DNA of 64,000 nucleotides from a bacterium. GTDB lineage: Bacteria; UBA8248. The position numbers were made by a program, and so were the translations under genes. Of this stretch, positions 10,199 to 20,600 are shown one piece after another. The stretch covers positions 1,408,001 through 1,472,000 of the forward strand of contig OZ253442.1 in NCBI GenBank assembly GCA_965261085.1, written 5' to 3'. The number at the start of each line of letters is the position of its first letter. The first letter of the stretch is position 1. The notes under the pieces were generated by a model. The model was not told where the DNA came from. It did no database searches and worked only from the letters and a program-made list of their open reading frames with translations.

Positions 10199-10502
10199 TC
10201 GTATCTCCTTTTTGAGGTAAAGTAATGAAACTTTTGGGTTTCAACCTTGTTTCGATTTGCAATGTCGAAACTCATGAATAAAATACGGAGCCTTTAATTT
10301 GAATCGAAGTGGCTATACTAAAGCAAAACCATAAGATTTGGTCAAGCAGGAAAGTTCGAAAAGTGCATTGAGAAATTTCATGAGTCACTGGCCAAACAAT
10401 CAGCCTATCCGCTAGAATTAAAATAGTTCATACAAATAGCTTTGTTTCAGTATGATGAACCCACCGCGTTGGAGGAAGCGCGGTGGAGAAGGAAGGGAAA
10501 AT

Positions 10503-13500
10503 ATGAATACCGAAACAGATCCCGCCCAGTCGGCTCCTCTCGTAAGGGCTCTGGTTTTCATCACTTCCTGGTTGTGCGTGCTCTCGGGTTTGTACCACAT
10601 TTCCGCGGTCTATCTGCGTCCATTGCCGGGCGAAATGCACCCCAACATGCATATGCTTCTTGGCTATTCCATACTTCTGGTCGGCGGCGCCGGGGCGATG
10701 CCTCAGATCTATGGGGATAAAATTCGCAAGTTGAATTTTCTTCCCGTTTTGTATCTTTTGTCCCTGGTTCCCGCCGTCATTTTCTACTACTTCGTCTATG
10801 AGATGGGAGAAGGCTGGTCTGACTGGAGTGTTTGGTGGGTTTATGCGCTCCCGTTCGCTATCTGGATGGCGATGATGGTTGTCGAGAAGTCATGGCTCGC
10901 GCTTTTGCTCTGGATTTTGGGTTTTGTTCCTGTGCCCATACTGTTCCTGTATTGGAATTTTTTGCCCGAAAGCACGCATGAACCCACGTCTTGGTGGCTG
11001 ATAATCGCATGCCCTGTCATCCCTACGATGTGGACCTTGTTCGCGGTTTTCTTCAGGCCCGCCGAGGGGGTGAAAAAAGCGGGTGGTTTTCTCGCGGTGT
11101 TTTTCGTAGCGCTTGTTCTGATCGGATGGCGGGTAGGTTTATGGGCCGGGCAAAGCGATGAGGTGAGAAGTGTCTTGTCCCTTTGGCCGGTAGTTGTATT
11201 CGCTTTTCCTCTTTTTTGGGCCAAAAAACGAATCAAAGAGGTATTTGAAGAGTATCCGGCTCACCCTTTTCCGGCCGGGTTCACCATTGGCTTGAACGCC
11301 GGCATGCTTTTTTTCGTAGCGACGGCCTGCCTGTACTTATTCTACTACCATGAAGAGATGGTTGACCGCCCCGGCGCTCCGACAATCGGTGATGCGCGCG
11401 TCGGCTTCGTCATGATTGTCGTCGCTATCGAATTAACAAGGCGTTGTTTCGGCCCTCCGCTTCCGATATTGGCGATGATTTCCTTGGCCTACGGGATCTG
11501 GGGCAATTTGTTCGCGCCTCCTTTTGGCCATGGCGGCCATACGTGGATAGAACTTCAGGCGAAACTCTCGACCGATTTCATCGGTGGGGTATTGGGCTTT
11601 TTGGTCGTCATCTCGGCTACCTTCATCATCATGTTTTTGATTTTAGGAGCGTTCTTGCATGAATCGGGTGCGGGCCGCTTTTTCGTGAATTTCGCCTTAG
11701 GCCTTTTTGGAAAGATGCGTGCAGGCGCCGGTCTCGCCGCTGTGGGTTCAAGTGCGCTCATGGGTACGGTGTCGGGCAGCGCATCCGGTAACGTCGTGAC
11801 CACCGGCACATTCACGATTCCCCTGATGAAGCGAATCGGGCTGAGCCCACACATCGCTGGAGCGGCGGAAGCGGCGGCCAGCAGCGGGGGGCAGATCATG
11901 CCGCCTGTCATGGGGGCGGGCGCCTTCATCATGAGTGAACTCATCGAAGTGCCGTATTTCCAGCTTATCGGATACGCCACCATACCGGCCATTTTGTATT
12001 TCACCATTGTGGGGATTAACATCCATTTCGCCGCTGGTGCGCTGAATATCAAGCCATTGCCTCCTTCCGAGATTCCGAGTTGGAAAGCGGAACTCAAGAA
12101 TGGGTGGTTCTATCTCGTGCCCCTGGCGTTTTTGGTCTATTTCCTCTTTGAGGGCAGAACGCCCGTGTTTGCGGGTGTCATGTCGGTTTTCATCATGGTG
12201 GGCATTTGGTTTTACCGAAACGTGACGGAATTCCTGGGTACGATGAGGAGGGGCGATAGGACAATCGCCGATGAAGTATTCGTTTTTGTGCCGGTTACGT
12301 TTTGGGTTTTTACCTTCTTCTTGTTCGCCTTCCTCTCGATTCTCGAATTGGGTTTCGGGGCGCCGTTGGGCGTCTACGGAAAACCAGCCTGGGGCGGTGC
12401 CATACGGGCCGCTCTGGCATTGGGCGTCACCGGGTTCGTTCTGGTGAGCATTTTCACCCGCATCTTCTCCTGGGTGGGTGAATTCTGGAATGAGATAGAG
12501 CGTAGCTGGTTGGCTATCTTCCCGCTCACTTTGCTGGCCTTATGGAGTGCTTTCGGCTGGTCTTCCGGCGTGGCCGGGGCTGCCATTCTACTGGCTCTGC
12601 TCAGCGTATCGTCTGTCCTCAGGGGAAACCGGGCGCAACCCACCACGGCCATACCCTGGTATTTCGTCATGATTTGGGTAGGTGCCTATTACGTGCAAAA
12701 AGGGATTTACGCTCTTGCTCCCGCGATAGCGAATTTCGGCGAATGGTTCGTTCCCTTCGGGTTCATCTATGATGCCCTGATCTTTTTTGGATTGGCCATT
12801 ATCGTGCAGAAGGTCATTTTTTCATTCGGCTCGCAAGAATCTGACGCCGATAGCGCGACGCCGAGCGTGAAACAAGTATTGGCCGTATCTTGTAATCCGT
12901 TTACCTATCTGCAGCGGGCAAAGAATACAGGCGAGACGGGCGCAGGCGTACAGGCTGCGCAGAGCGCCTCCGACTGGATTTTCAGCATTCGCAATGCCTT
13001 GAGGGTAGGGGGCAGGCAAGGGGCTGAATTCGCCGTGACGCTGGCCACCATCGAAGTCGTCGTTCAGGTTCTGAGCATCACGGGCGTGGGTAACAAGTTT
13101 GCTTACATGATAGAAACCCTCGCTAATGATATATGCCTGTTCGGCGCCGCTGTGGGCGGGGGGTGCGCATATTATATCGGTCTTGATGGTTTCTTCGTCG
13201 CGCTGCTTCTCACGGCGGTTTGCTGTGCGATATTGGGAATGGGCATGCCGACGACGGCGGCATACGTGCTGCTCGCCATTCTGGGCGGCCCCGTGCTGAT
13301 TCAACTCGTGGGGCCTGAACTCACTCATGTCTATGGAGCCGAATGGGCCAAGGAGTTCGTGGCCGCCAAAGGAGACCGGGTCGCCGCCCACATGTTCATC
13401 TTCTATTTCGCGATACTCTCCGCCATTACGCCGCCCGTGGCGATAGCCTCGCTCGTGGCGGCCAAACTGGCGGGCGCGTCCTATTTCAAGACGTCCATGA

Positions 13501-13817
13501 TGTCTCTTCGCTTCGCCATCGTGGGCTTTATCGTACCCTTTTTGTTCATGTTCGACCCGGCCCTGCTCACGTTCGGGCATCCGTTGCGCGTCGCTCTCTC
13601 CGCGTCCATGACGCTCTTGGGGTTCATCGCCTTCTCGGCGGGAACGCAAGGCTGGCTTCTGGGGAGGCTCTATAAATACGAGCGAATTCTCTTGTTCGTC
13701 TGCTTCGTCACGTTCATCCTGTTCGTTATTTTCTTCAGCGTCACCATGCTGATAGCGGGCCTGGTTTGCGGCGGGATTCCGCTTTTCCGGCAAATCAGGG
13801 ACAAAAGGCGAGCCTGA
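10503..13817 (+). CDS. TRAP transporter 4TM/12TM fused permease, unusually long
   Basis: 'GTVSGSASGNVVTTGTFTIPLMKR', 'EAAASSGGQIMPPVMGAGAF', 'LGMGMPTTAAY', 'SAITPPVAIA'. Divergent from the TAXI gene. Confidence 0.9.
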   Translation: MNTETDPAQSAPLVRALVFITSWLCVLSGLYHISAVYLRPLPGEMHPNMHMLLGYSILLVGGAGAMPQIYGDKIRKLNFLPVLYLLSLVPAVIFYYFVYEMGEGWSDWSVWWVYALPFAIWMAMMVVEKSWLALLLWILGFVPVPILFLYWNFLPESTHEPTSWWLIIACPVIPTMWTLFAVFFRPAEGVKKAGGFLAVFFVALVLIGWRVGLWAGQSDEVRSVLSLWPVVVFAFPLFWAKKRIKEVFEEYPAHPFPAGFTIGLNAGMLFFVATACLYLFYYHEEMVDRPGAPTIGDARVGFVMIVVAIELTRRCFGPPLPILAMISLAYGIWGNLFAPPFGHGGHTWIELQAKLSTDFIGGVLGFLVVISATFIIMFLILGAFLHESGAGRFFVNFALGLFGKMRAGAGLAAVGSSALMGTVSGSASGNVVTTGTFTIPLMKRIGLSPHIAGAAEAAASSGGQIMPPVMGAGAFIMSELIEVPYFQLIGYATIPAILYFTIVGINIHFAAGALNIKPLPPSEIPSWKAELKNGWFYLVPLAFLVYFLFEGRTPVFAGVMSVFIMVGIWFYRNVTEFLGTMRRGDRTIADEVFVFVPVTFWVFTFFLFAFLSILELGFGAPLGVYGKPAWGGAIRAALALGVTGFVLVSIFTRIFSWVGEFWNEIERSWLAIFPLTLLALWSAFGWSSGVAGAAILLALLSVSSVLRGNRAQPTTAIPWYFVMIWVGAYYVQKGIYALAPAIANFGEWFVPFGFIYDALIFFGLAIIVQKVIFSFGSQESDADSATPSVKQVLAVSCNPFTYLQRAKNTGETGAGVQAAQSASDWIFSIRNALRVGGRQGAEFAVTLATIEVVVQVLSITGVGNKFAYMIETLANDICLFGAAVGGGCAYYIGLDGFFVALLLTAVCCAILGMGMPTTAAYVLLAILGGPVLIQLVGPELTHVYGAEWAKEFVAAKGDRVAAHMFIFYFAILSAITPPVAIASLVAAKLAGASYFKTSMMSLRFAIVGFIVPFLFMFDPALLTFGHPLRVALSASMTLLGFIAFSAGTQGWLLGRLYKYERILLFVCFVTFILFVIFFSVTMLIAGLVCGGIPLFRQIRDKRRA

Positions 13818-13856
13818 TATTCAACCACAATTGCCTGTTCTCCTTTGGGGGTATCC

Positions 13857-15098
13857 ATGCTTTTTCATAAACAACGCGCGCTCGAGTTCATGGAGAGGTT
13901 CGATCTCGACGCGCTGGTAGCGACGACACGGCACAACGTCTTGTATCTCTCGGGTTTTCAGGGGTGGGCCCAATATACCTACGGCGACGCCACGACGGAG
14001 ACCTTCGCGCTGTTTTTCCGGGATCAGGCTTCCCCGCCCGGGTTGATACTCTCCCGGCAGGATGAGACCTACTATGCGGCGACGGGTTCGTGGATCGAGG
14101 ACGTCAGGGGCTATGGACCCCGCTCGGCGCTCGATATGGCGCCCGACGAGGCGGGAGAGACCGAAGAGGAGAAGAATTACATATCCTTAATCGCCGAAGA
14201 CGCCCCGCGCGAGGCGAATTCCACCGATGCCATGCTCAGGATTTTGCGGGAGCGGGGCCTGTCGAGCGGGAAATTGGCGCTCGATAACGAGGGAATTCGC
14301 CCGAGTACGCGTGGCGCTCTGGAGGCGGCTTTACCAGACGTGTCTTTTCTGGAGGCCTCGAATCTGTTTCGCTTGATTCGCCTTCAGAAGACGGAAGAAG
14401 AGATTGAGCGCATGCGTGCCGCGGCGCTTTTGAACGAACAGGCCGTCGTCGCCTTCCACCAGGAGATGGCCGTAGGGCGAACCGAGCGCGAAGTGGCGAG
14501 CCACTACTACCGCACCGTGGCCGCGGGTGGAGGTAAGTGGAGCTGGTTTCATTTGGGGGGCGGGAGGCGTTCGGCCTCCATTTTTCCGCCCTCTGAAAGG
14601 AAATTCGAGCCGGGAGACGGCTTTTTCTTCGACGCAGGCATGAGGCTGAACCACTACTGCGGGGATGTGGGTTGTTGCGGCTCGTTCGGCGAGCCGAATG
14701 CCGAACGCAAGGCGCAGTGGAACGCCATCCAGGCGGGACTCGAGGCCGCCTTCGGCGTGATCAGGGCGGGGGTGAAGCCATCCGATATTTTTCGCGCGGC
14801 GGTGGCGGCGGCGAAAAAATCGGGTCTGCCGCGCTATAACGGCGCCTTTTGCGGACACACGATAGGCATCGAGGCGCGCGAGTTGCCCTATACGCTGAGC
14901 GAACCCGTGAAGCTCGACGATCCCTTCCTGCCCGAGAATTCAGACATCCCGCTGCCCGCGGGCGCGGTGCTCTCGGTGGAGTTGCCCTCCGGAAAGTTCG
15001 GTGAGGGCGGCGTGCATGCGGAATTCACCGTTCTGGTTACCGAGACGGGCATGGCGCATCTGGGCGAGCCCACCCGCGAGCACGTCGTCATCGAATGA
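13857..15098 (+). CDS. M24 family (Xaa-Pro/creatinase-like) peptidase
   Basis: 'NVLYLSGF', 'IRLQKTEEEIERMR', D..G....YCGD, 'GHTIGIE', 'SVE', 'EFTVLVT' metal ligands. Confidence 0.88.
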   Translation: MLFHKQRALEFMERFDLDALVATTRHNVLYLSGFQGWAQYTYGDATTETFALFFRDQASPPGLILSRQDETYYAATGSWIEDVRGYGPRSALDMAPDEAGETEEEKNYISLIAEDAPREANSTDAMLRILRERGLSSGKLALDNEGIRPSTRGALEAALPDVSFLEASNLFRLIRLQKTEEEIERMRAAALLNEQAVVAFHQEMAVGRTEREVASHYYRTVAAGGGKWSWFHLGGGRRSASIFPPSERKFEPGDGFFFDAGMRLNHYCGDVGCCGSFGEPNAERKAQWNAIQAGLEAAFGVIRAGVKPSDIFRAAVAAAKKSGLPRYNGAFCGHTIGIEARELPYTLSEPVKLDDPFLPENSDIPLPAGAVLSVELPSGKFGEGGVHAEFTVLVTETGMAHLGEPTREHVVIE

Positions 15099-15476
15099 AT
15101 CTATAACAATATAATAATCAATCACTTAAAAACGTCCCCCCAGTAGCCCGGAGCGCGCAAATCGACTCATTTAATTATCGAATAACCCCGTGAATTTATC
15201 GATATTTTCAGAAATTCCTTATTCTCGAACGCGGCGATGCGCTTCGCAATCATACACGTGCGCGTCTTGAGTCCGATGACGGCAAATGCGGGCAAATGCG
15301 CGCGCAGGTGTTTTTCCCGTCATCTCATGCGCACTCAGGAACGTCCGCTCAGGGTTCCGGATGCTCTTTGTCATGGATGCGGGGGTAGGCGACTTGTCCC
15401 CATACTTGCGATTCGGGGTTGGCGTCGATCTCGGCCTTCATGACTTCGAGAATCACCGGCACGACGTCGGCCATGA
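15005..15476 (+). repeat. Left copy of a ~470-bp diverged direct repeat
   Basis: Aligns with 45838-46323. Coding parts nearly identical, intergenic parts diverged. Confidence 0.95.
15349..15476 (-). pseudogene. 3' remnant of the HEPN gene (intact copy at 46196-46867)
   Basis: Near-identical to 46196-46323 and encodes ...VWGQVAYPRIHDKEHPEP. Stop is TGA here and TAG in the other copy. Confidence 0.9.
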
Positions 15477-16415
15477 GGCGAAAGACGCCGTGTTCTGGGA
15501 CAGGGATCTAGCCGGCTTCGGAGTACGGGTCCACGCCACGGGCAGGAAGGTCTACGTTGTGCAGTCCAGAGGACCCGGGGGGCCCAAGCGCGTAACGCTG
15601 GGCCGCCACGGCGAGTTGTCCGCCGATGAGGCGAGGAAGCGGGCGGCCGCCGTCATCGACCGCATCAAGCGTGGCGAGGAGCCGAAGCCCGGACCGCCCG
15701 AGGCGGAACTCACCGTGGCCGGACTGGCCGAGCGCTTCATGCGCGTCTATGCCGGGGCGCACTGCAAGCCGGGCACGGTCGCGACGTATCGCTCCGTACT
15801 GGAGAACCACGTCCTGCGGGCTCTGGGCTCGATGACGGTAGGCCAGGTCGGAACAGCCGAGATATCGGCATTGCACCACCGGCTTCGCGAAACGCCCGCC
15901 ATGGCCAACGCGGCCGTGGGTATTCTCTCGAAGATGTTCTCGCTGGCCGAGGGGTGGGGTCTGGTCCCGGCCGGACGCAACCCGTGCCGGGTGGTGCGCC
16001 GCTACCGGGCGCGCTCGTGTGAGCGGTTTTTGACGCCTGCGGAATTCCGTCGCCTGGGCCGGGCGCTCAGGGATATGGAAGCGGAGGACGCGGTCTGGCC
16101 GCCTGCGATAGCGGCGATCAGGCTATTGACCCTGACCGGATGCAGGAAAAGCGAGATACTGAGCCTTCGCTGGGACGATGTGGACCGCACGGCGGGCGAG
16201 TTCCGCTTGAGAGACGCCAAGGCGGGTCCGCGCATGGTTCCCTTGACGGCGCGCGCCTTGAGTGTACTCGATGGTATGGAGCGGATTGAGGGGAATCCCT
16301 GGGTGATCCCCGCAAAGAAGGGGGGTGGCCGCCTGCCGACCCTCACCTACTACTGGCAGGCCGTCCGGGCGAGGGCCGGGCTCGATGACGTGCGGATCCA
16401 TGACCTGAGACATTC
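15477..16415 (+). pseudogene. Tyrosine recombinase/integrase, truncated at both ends
   Basis: Arm-binding 'FWDRDLAGFGVRV..TGRKVYVVQ', catalytic R in 'TGCRKSE', 'HDLRHS'. No native start, and similarity ends before the second His and catalytic Tyr. Confidence 0.85.
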
Positions 16416-16856
16416 TTGTGCAACATACGGGGATTTCCCCGTGCTCAAAAGTCTTGTATCTATTTGTTATCACTTGTTTTTCTCACCAACACCGCAACCC
16501 GCCTGATTACGCCTTTCCTCATTACGTAATCGTTTCGCAACCGGATTTGATCAATATGCAGGCATGGCATGTCAACGAATATTTTACGAAAATTGGATAT
16601 CCGGCTACGTTCATACGAAAAACACCGAGCCGCGTCCTGAACCGGTATCAGTCCACTTCCGACAGGAGAGGCGCGCGAAGGAGAAAGTAGCGGTAGGGAA
16701 ATTTTCCCGGAAACCGGCAGGATAACGAGTCCGTCGATACCGTTTCACGCCCGCTTAGATGCGGATGAGTGTTTTTATCGGCGAAGAAATTCCATTACCT
16801 TACTGATATAATTGTAAATATCTATTTTTACTAACTTCATCTGGAATCCGCCTTCC

Positions 16857-16909
16857 GCAATATGCAATCAAAACGAAAGCGGGCGAATTCAAACGCCCGC
16901 GCACCCAGG
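16857..16909 (+). repeat. ~53-bp diverged direct repeat, copy 1 (copy 2 at 24799-24851)
   Basis: gcaatatgcaatcaaaacgaaagcgggcgaattcaaac vs gcaatatgtaatcaaagcggtagcgggtgaattcaaac, ungapped. Confidence 0.7.
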
Positions 16910-17694
16910 CGGGTCCGAGTCGCCGGAACCATCCCGGCTCCCCTACCACCCGCACTACGCAACCGCGCCTCCGTCCTGTTTCGCCTTTCGCCATCGCCTC
17001 GCGTAGCGCCGTGTTCCTGCGGCTTGGGGGCTTCGACATCTCATGTCTCCTCCCCTCGCCTGCGGCCAGAGGGCTTCGTTTCCGGCTGTAAGGGGTCGTG
17101 AAACGCCACCCCGCAAGGGCCGCGATTTGCACAAATTTAATTATCCCTAGCCCAAAAATTTCCCGTTTCACAAGGTGTGTCCGAATCGGTTATCCTGGAA
17201 AGTGTTCAGACTTTGGCTTGGAGGCGCCCGGTTCCGTACTACGAGCCGGCTCCGTGTCGTTCGGCGCATCGCCCGGGCCCGTAGGGGTTCCACGGGGCGC
17301 CTCGTGAAACGAACGCAAGAAGAAAAGGGAACGAATGGGATCTCAAGGGAAGTTGGCGAGAGGCCTGAATTTGCGTGAGACGCCGGGTCATCATATACTG
17401 AGCGCCTCAAGCCTCAAGAATTAGATCGGGAGCCGGGCCTTCGGCCCGGCTTGGGGCGCCGGAACGATCACGGCCCTGCCCGCCCGGGCGGGGTTTTGCG
17501 CCTTTCCGGGCGCATTTGCGCCACAGATGCGCCCGGAAGCGAGCATTCCGGCGGCCCGAAGGGGCGTTCCGCATCCCCCGGCGGCGAATACCAGCTAATC
17601 CCCCACCGACAAGCATGAGTCATGGACGACCCGGATGCCGGTCTTGCGGCCGAACCAGGACGGCGGCGCACCACATGAAAAGAAAGGTGAGACA

Positions 17695-20600
17695 ATGATG
17701 TTACACGCGATAGCTTCGTCTCCAGGGAACGACGGTTCAAGAACGCATCATGGCTCCCCTTCCGGACTTCGGCGCCGCATTGCGGGCGGGCTCCTCCGCT
17801 CCGCACGCGCGCTGGCCGCAGCGGCGCTGTTCGCGCTCTTCGGCGCACTCGCCCTGCCGCTTCAGGCCCATGCGCAGACGACCACGACCTTTGTCAGCAA
17901 CCTGGGGCAGACAGATGTCAGCGCTAACGCCCTTACCTCTCCAGCTACACCGCGTGCACAACAATTCGAGACGGGAAGCAACTCGGGCGGGTACACGCTT
18001 ACGGAGATAGTGGTCAATATTAAGGATGCGAGAACCGGAACCCCGGCGTTCGCCCTCCACACGAGCACGGCGGACGATAAGCCGGGCACCAAGGTTGTGG
18101 ATCTGAGCGGCGACAGTTCCACGCCGGGCGAGCAGAGTTTTACCCCGGCCAGCACCACCACTCTCAGCGCGTCGACCAAGTACATCATCGTGTTCTCCAT
18201 GACTAGTGGACAGGCAAACCTGCAAAGGACGTCTTCGGATAACATTGACTCGGGGGCTTCGACGGGATGGGACATTGCGGAGACTTCGTTGTTAACTATC
18301 ACAGTCTGGAATGCATCTTCTAACTCTGTTGAAATCGCCGTCAAGGGCACTGCGGCGGCCACGGCCCCGGCCAAGCCGACCGGGTTCACCGCGGCGGTGG
18401 GCAACGCGCAGGTGACGCTCGCCTGGGACGCGCCGGCGTCGGATTCGGGGGTGACGCGCCACGAGTACCACTACAAGACGGACGGCGGTTATCCCGCGAC
18501 CTGGACGGCGATTGCGAACAGCGCGGTCGGCGGCGCGAACCAGGCCGGATTCACGGTGACAGGGCTCACCAACGAGAAGGCCCACACCTTCGAGCTCCGC
18601 GCGGTGAGCGGCGGCGGCAATAGCGACGCGGCGGAGGCGGGTCCGGTGACGCCGACGCCCGGCATCTGCGACCGCACGCAGCAGGTGCACGAAACTATCG
18701 TCGGCGCCCTCTCGGGGGTAGACGATTGCGCGGCGGTGACCGTCGCCGACCTGGCAGGGCTCACTAGTCTGCAGATAGCAGGCCAAAACATCACCACGCT
18801 GAAGGCGGGCGACTTCGCGGGGCTGACGAGCGTGACACTCCTTAACCTTGCCAGCAACAGCTTCACCACGCTCCCCGACGGGGTGTTCTCCGACCTGACG
18901 TCGCTGACAAACCTCGTATTGGCCGCTGGCAAACTGACTTTGCTCCCTGCCGGGGTGTTCACTGGCCTGACGAATCTGACAGGCCTCAATCTGGGCAACA
19001 ACTCTCTGAGTTTGCTCCCCGTGACCGTGTTCTCCGACCTGACGTCGCTGACAAACCTCAATCTGAGCGACAACTCTCTGAGTTTGCTCCCCGGGACTGT
19101 GTTCTCCGGCTTGACGGCGCTGGAAACTCTCACTCTGGACAGCAACGCTCTTAATGCGCTCCCCGACGGGCTGTTCACCGGCCTGACGGCGCTGACAGGC
19201 CTCGGTCTAAGCGGCAACCCCACCAATCCGCTGCCGCTCACCGTGACGGTGGAGAAGGTGGGGACCGACCAGGTGCGGGCGAAGGTGCTGGCGGGGGCGC
19301 CGTTCGCGGTCGAGTTTTCGGTGACGCTGGTGGACGGGACGCTCGCGGGCGGCGCGACCAAGCTGGGCGTTGCGGTGGGCTCGGTGGACGGCACGGCGGT
19401 CACCGTGACCCGCACGGCCGGGACGACGGCGGCGGTGACCGTGGACGTCGACCTGACGACCCAGCCGACGCTGCCCGGGAATCACGCGGGCTACACCTTC
19501 GTCAAGTCGACCTCGGGCCTGCCGGCAACCGTCCTGCCGGCGGAGGGAGCACCGGCCGCGCCGACCAATTTGACGGCCACGGCCGGCGACGCGCAGGTGG
19601 CGCTGTCCTGGGAACGCCGTCGCCGAGGTGACGGTGACGCCGACGCCGAACCATGCCGAGGCGACGATCGAATATCTGGACGCGTCCGACACGACGCTCG
19701 ACGACGCGGACGCCTCGGCGGCCGGCCACCAGGTGACGCTGGTGGAGGGCGCGAACGTCATAAAGGTGAAGGTGACGGCCGCGGACGGCACGACGACGAA
19801 GACCTACGCGGTGACGGTGAACCGGGCGGCGGACGCGACGCTGAGCGCTCTGGTCGTCAACGACGGCAGTAGGGACCTGACGCTGAGCCCGGGTTTCACG
19901 CCGGGCGCCACCTCCTACACGACGTCGGTCGCCAACCGCATCGCCGAGGTGACGGTGACGCCGACGACGACCCATGCCGCGGCGACGATCGAATATTTCG
20001 ACGGGGACGACGTGACGCTCACCGACGCGGGCGCGGCGGCCGGCCATCAGGTGACGCTGGAGGAGGGCGACAACGTCATCAAGGTGAAGGTGACGGCCGA
20101 GGACGGCACGACGATAGAGACCTACACGGTGACGGTGACGCGCCGCGCCGTGGACGCCCCGGGTGATGAGGGCGATTTGCGCTTGACGGACGAGAAACCG
20201 TACACGTCACGCCCGGATGGGACTGTGGTGGTGGGGGTCGAGGGACGTGTGGAGATATTCCACGCCGGGCGTTGGGGCACGGTGTGCGACGACGGCTTCT
20301 CGAGAGAAACGACCTCCAGGTTCAAAGTGGAACTGGATGCGGACGGCAACGCAACGGACAATGTCACGGAAAGTGAACACGACAACGATGCCCCCGCCCT
20401 GGTCTGCCAGTCCATGGGCTACACCACCGGCGAATACGCGTCGGGCTTCGGCCGGCCGGGGCCGAGCCAACCGTCCGCGCTGGCGTCCTACTCTCCGGTG
20501 GGCGAGACCTATCCGGCGAACGGACCGCTGCCGATCTGGGTCGACGACATGACGTGCGCGGCGGGCGACGCCGATCTGACGGTGGACGCGTTGCCGGCGC

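Noticed and set aside
15286-16506. Full-length 406-aa integrase as given in the ORF track
   Set aside because: The N-terminus is intergenic DNA plus the antisense of the HEPN remnant, and the C-terminus after HDLRHS is unrelated sequence with no catalytic Tyr region.
17480-17540. c-di-GMP-I riboswitch
   Set aside because: A ggcgcaaaac-like string is present only on the antisense strand, and the GCAAAC...GAAA P2 arrangement is absent.
18800-19220. 72-bp near-tandem repeats as a DGR or other DNA-level element
   Set aside because: Fully explained by 24-aa LRR coding repeats, and there is no reverse transcriptase in the window.
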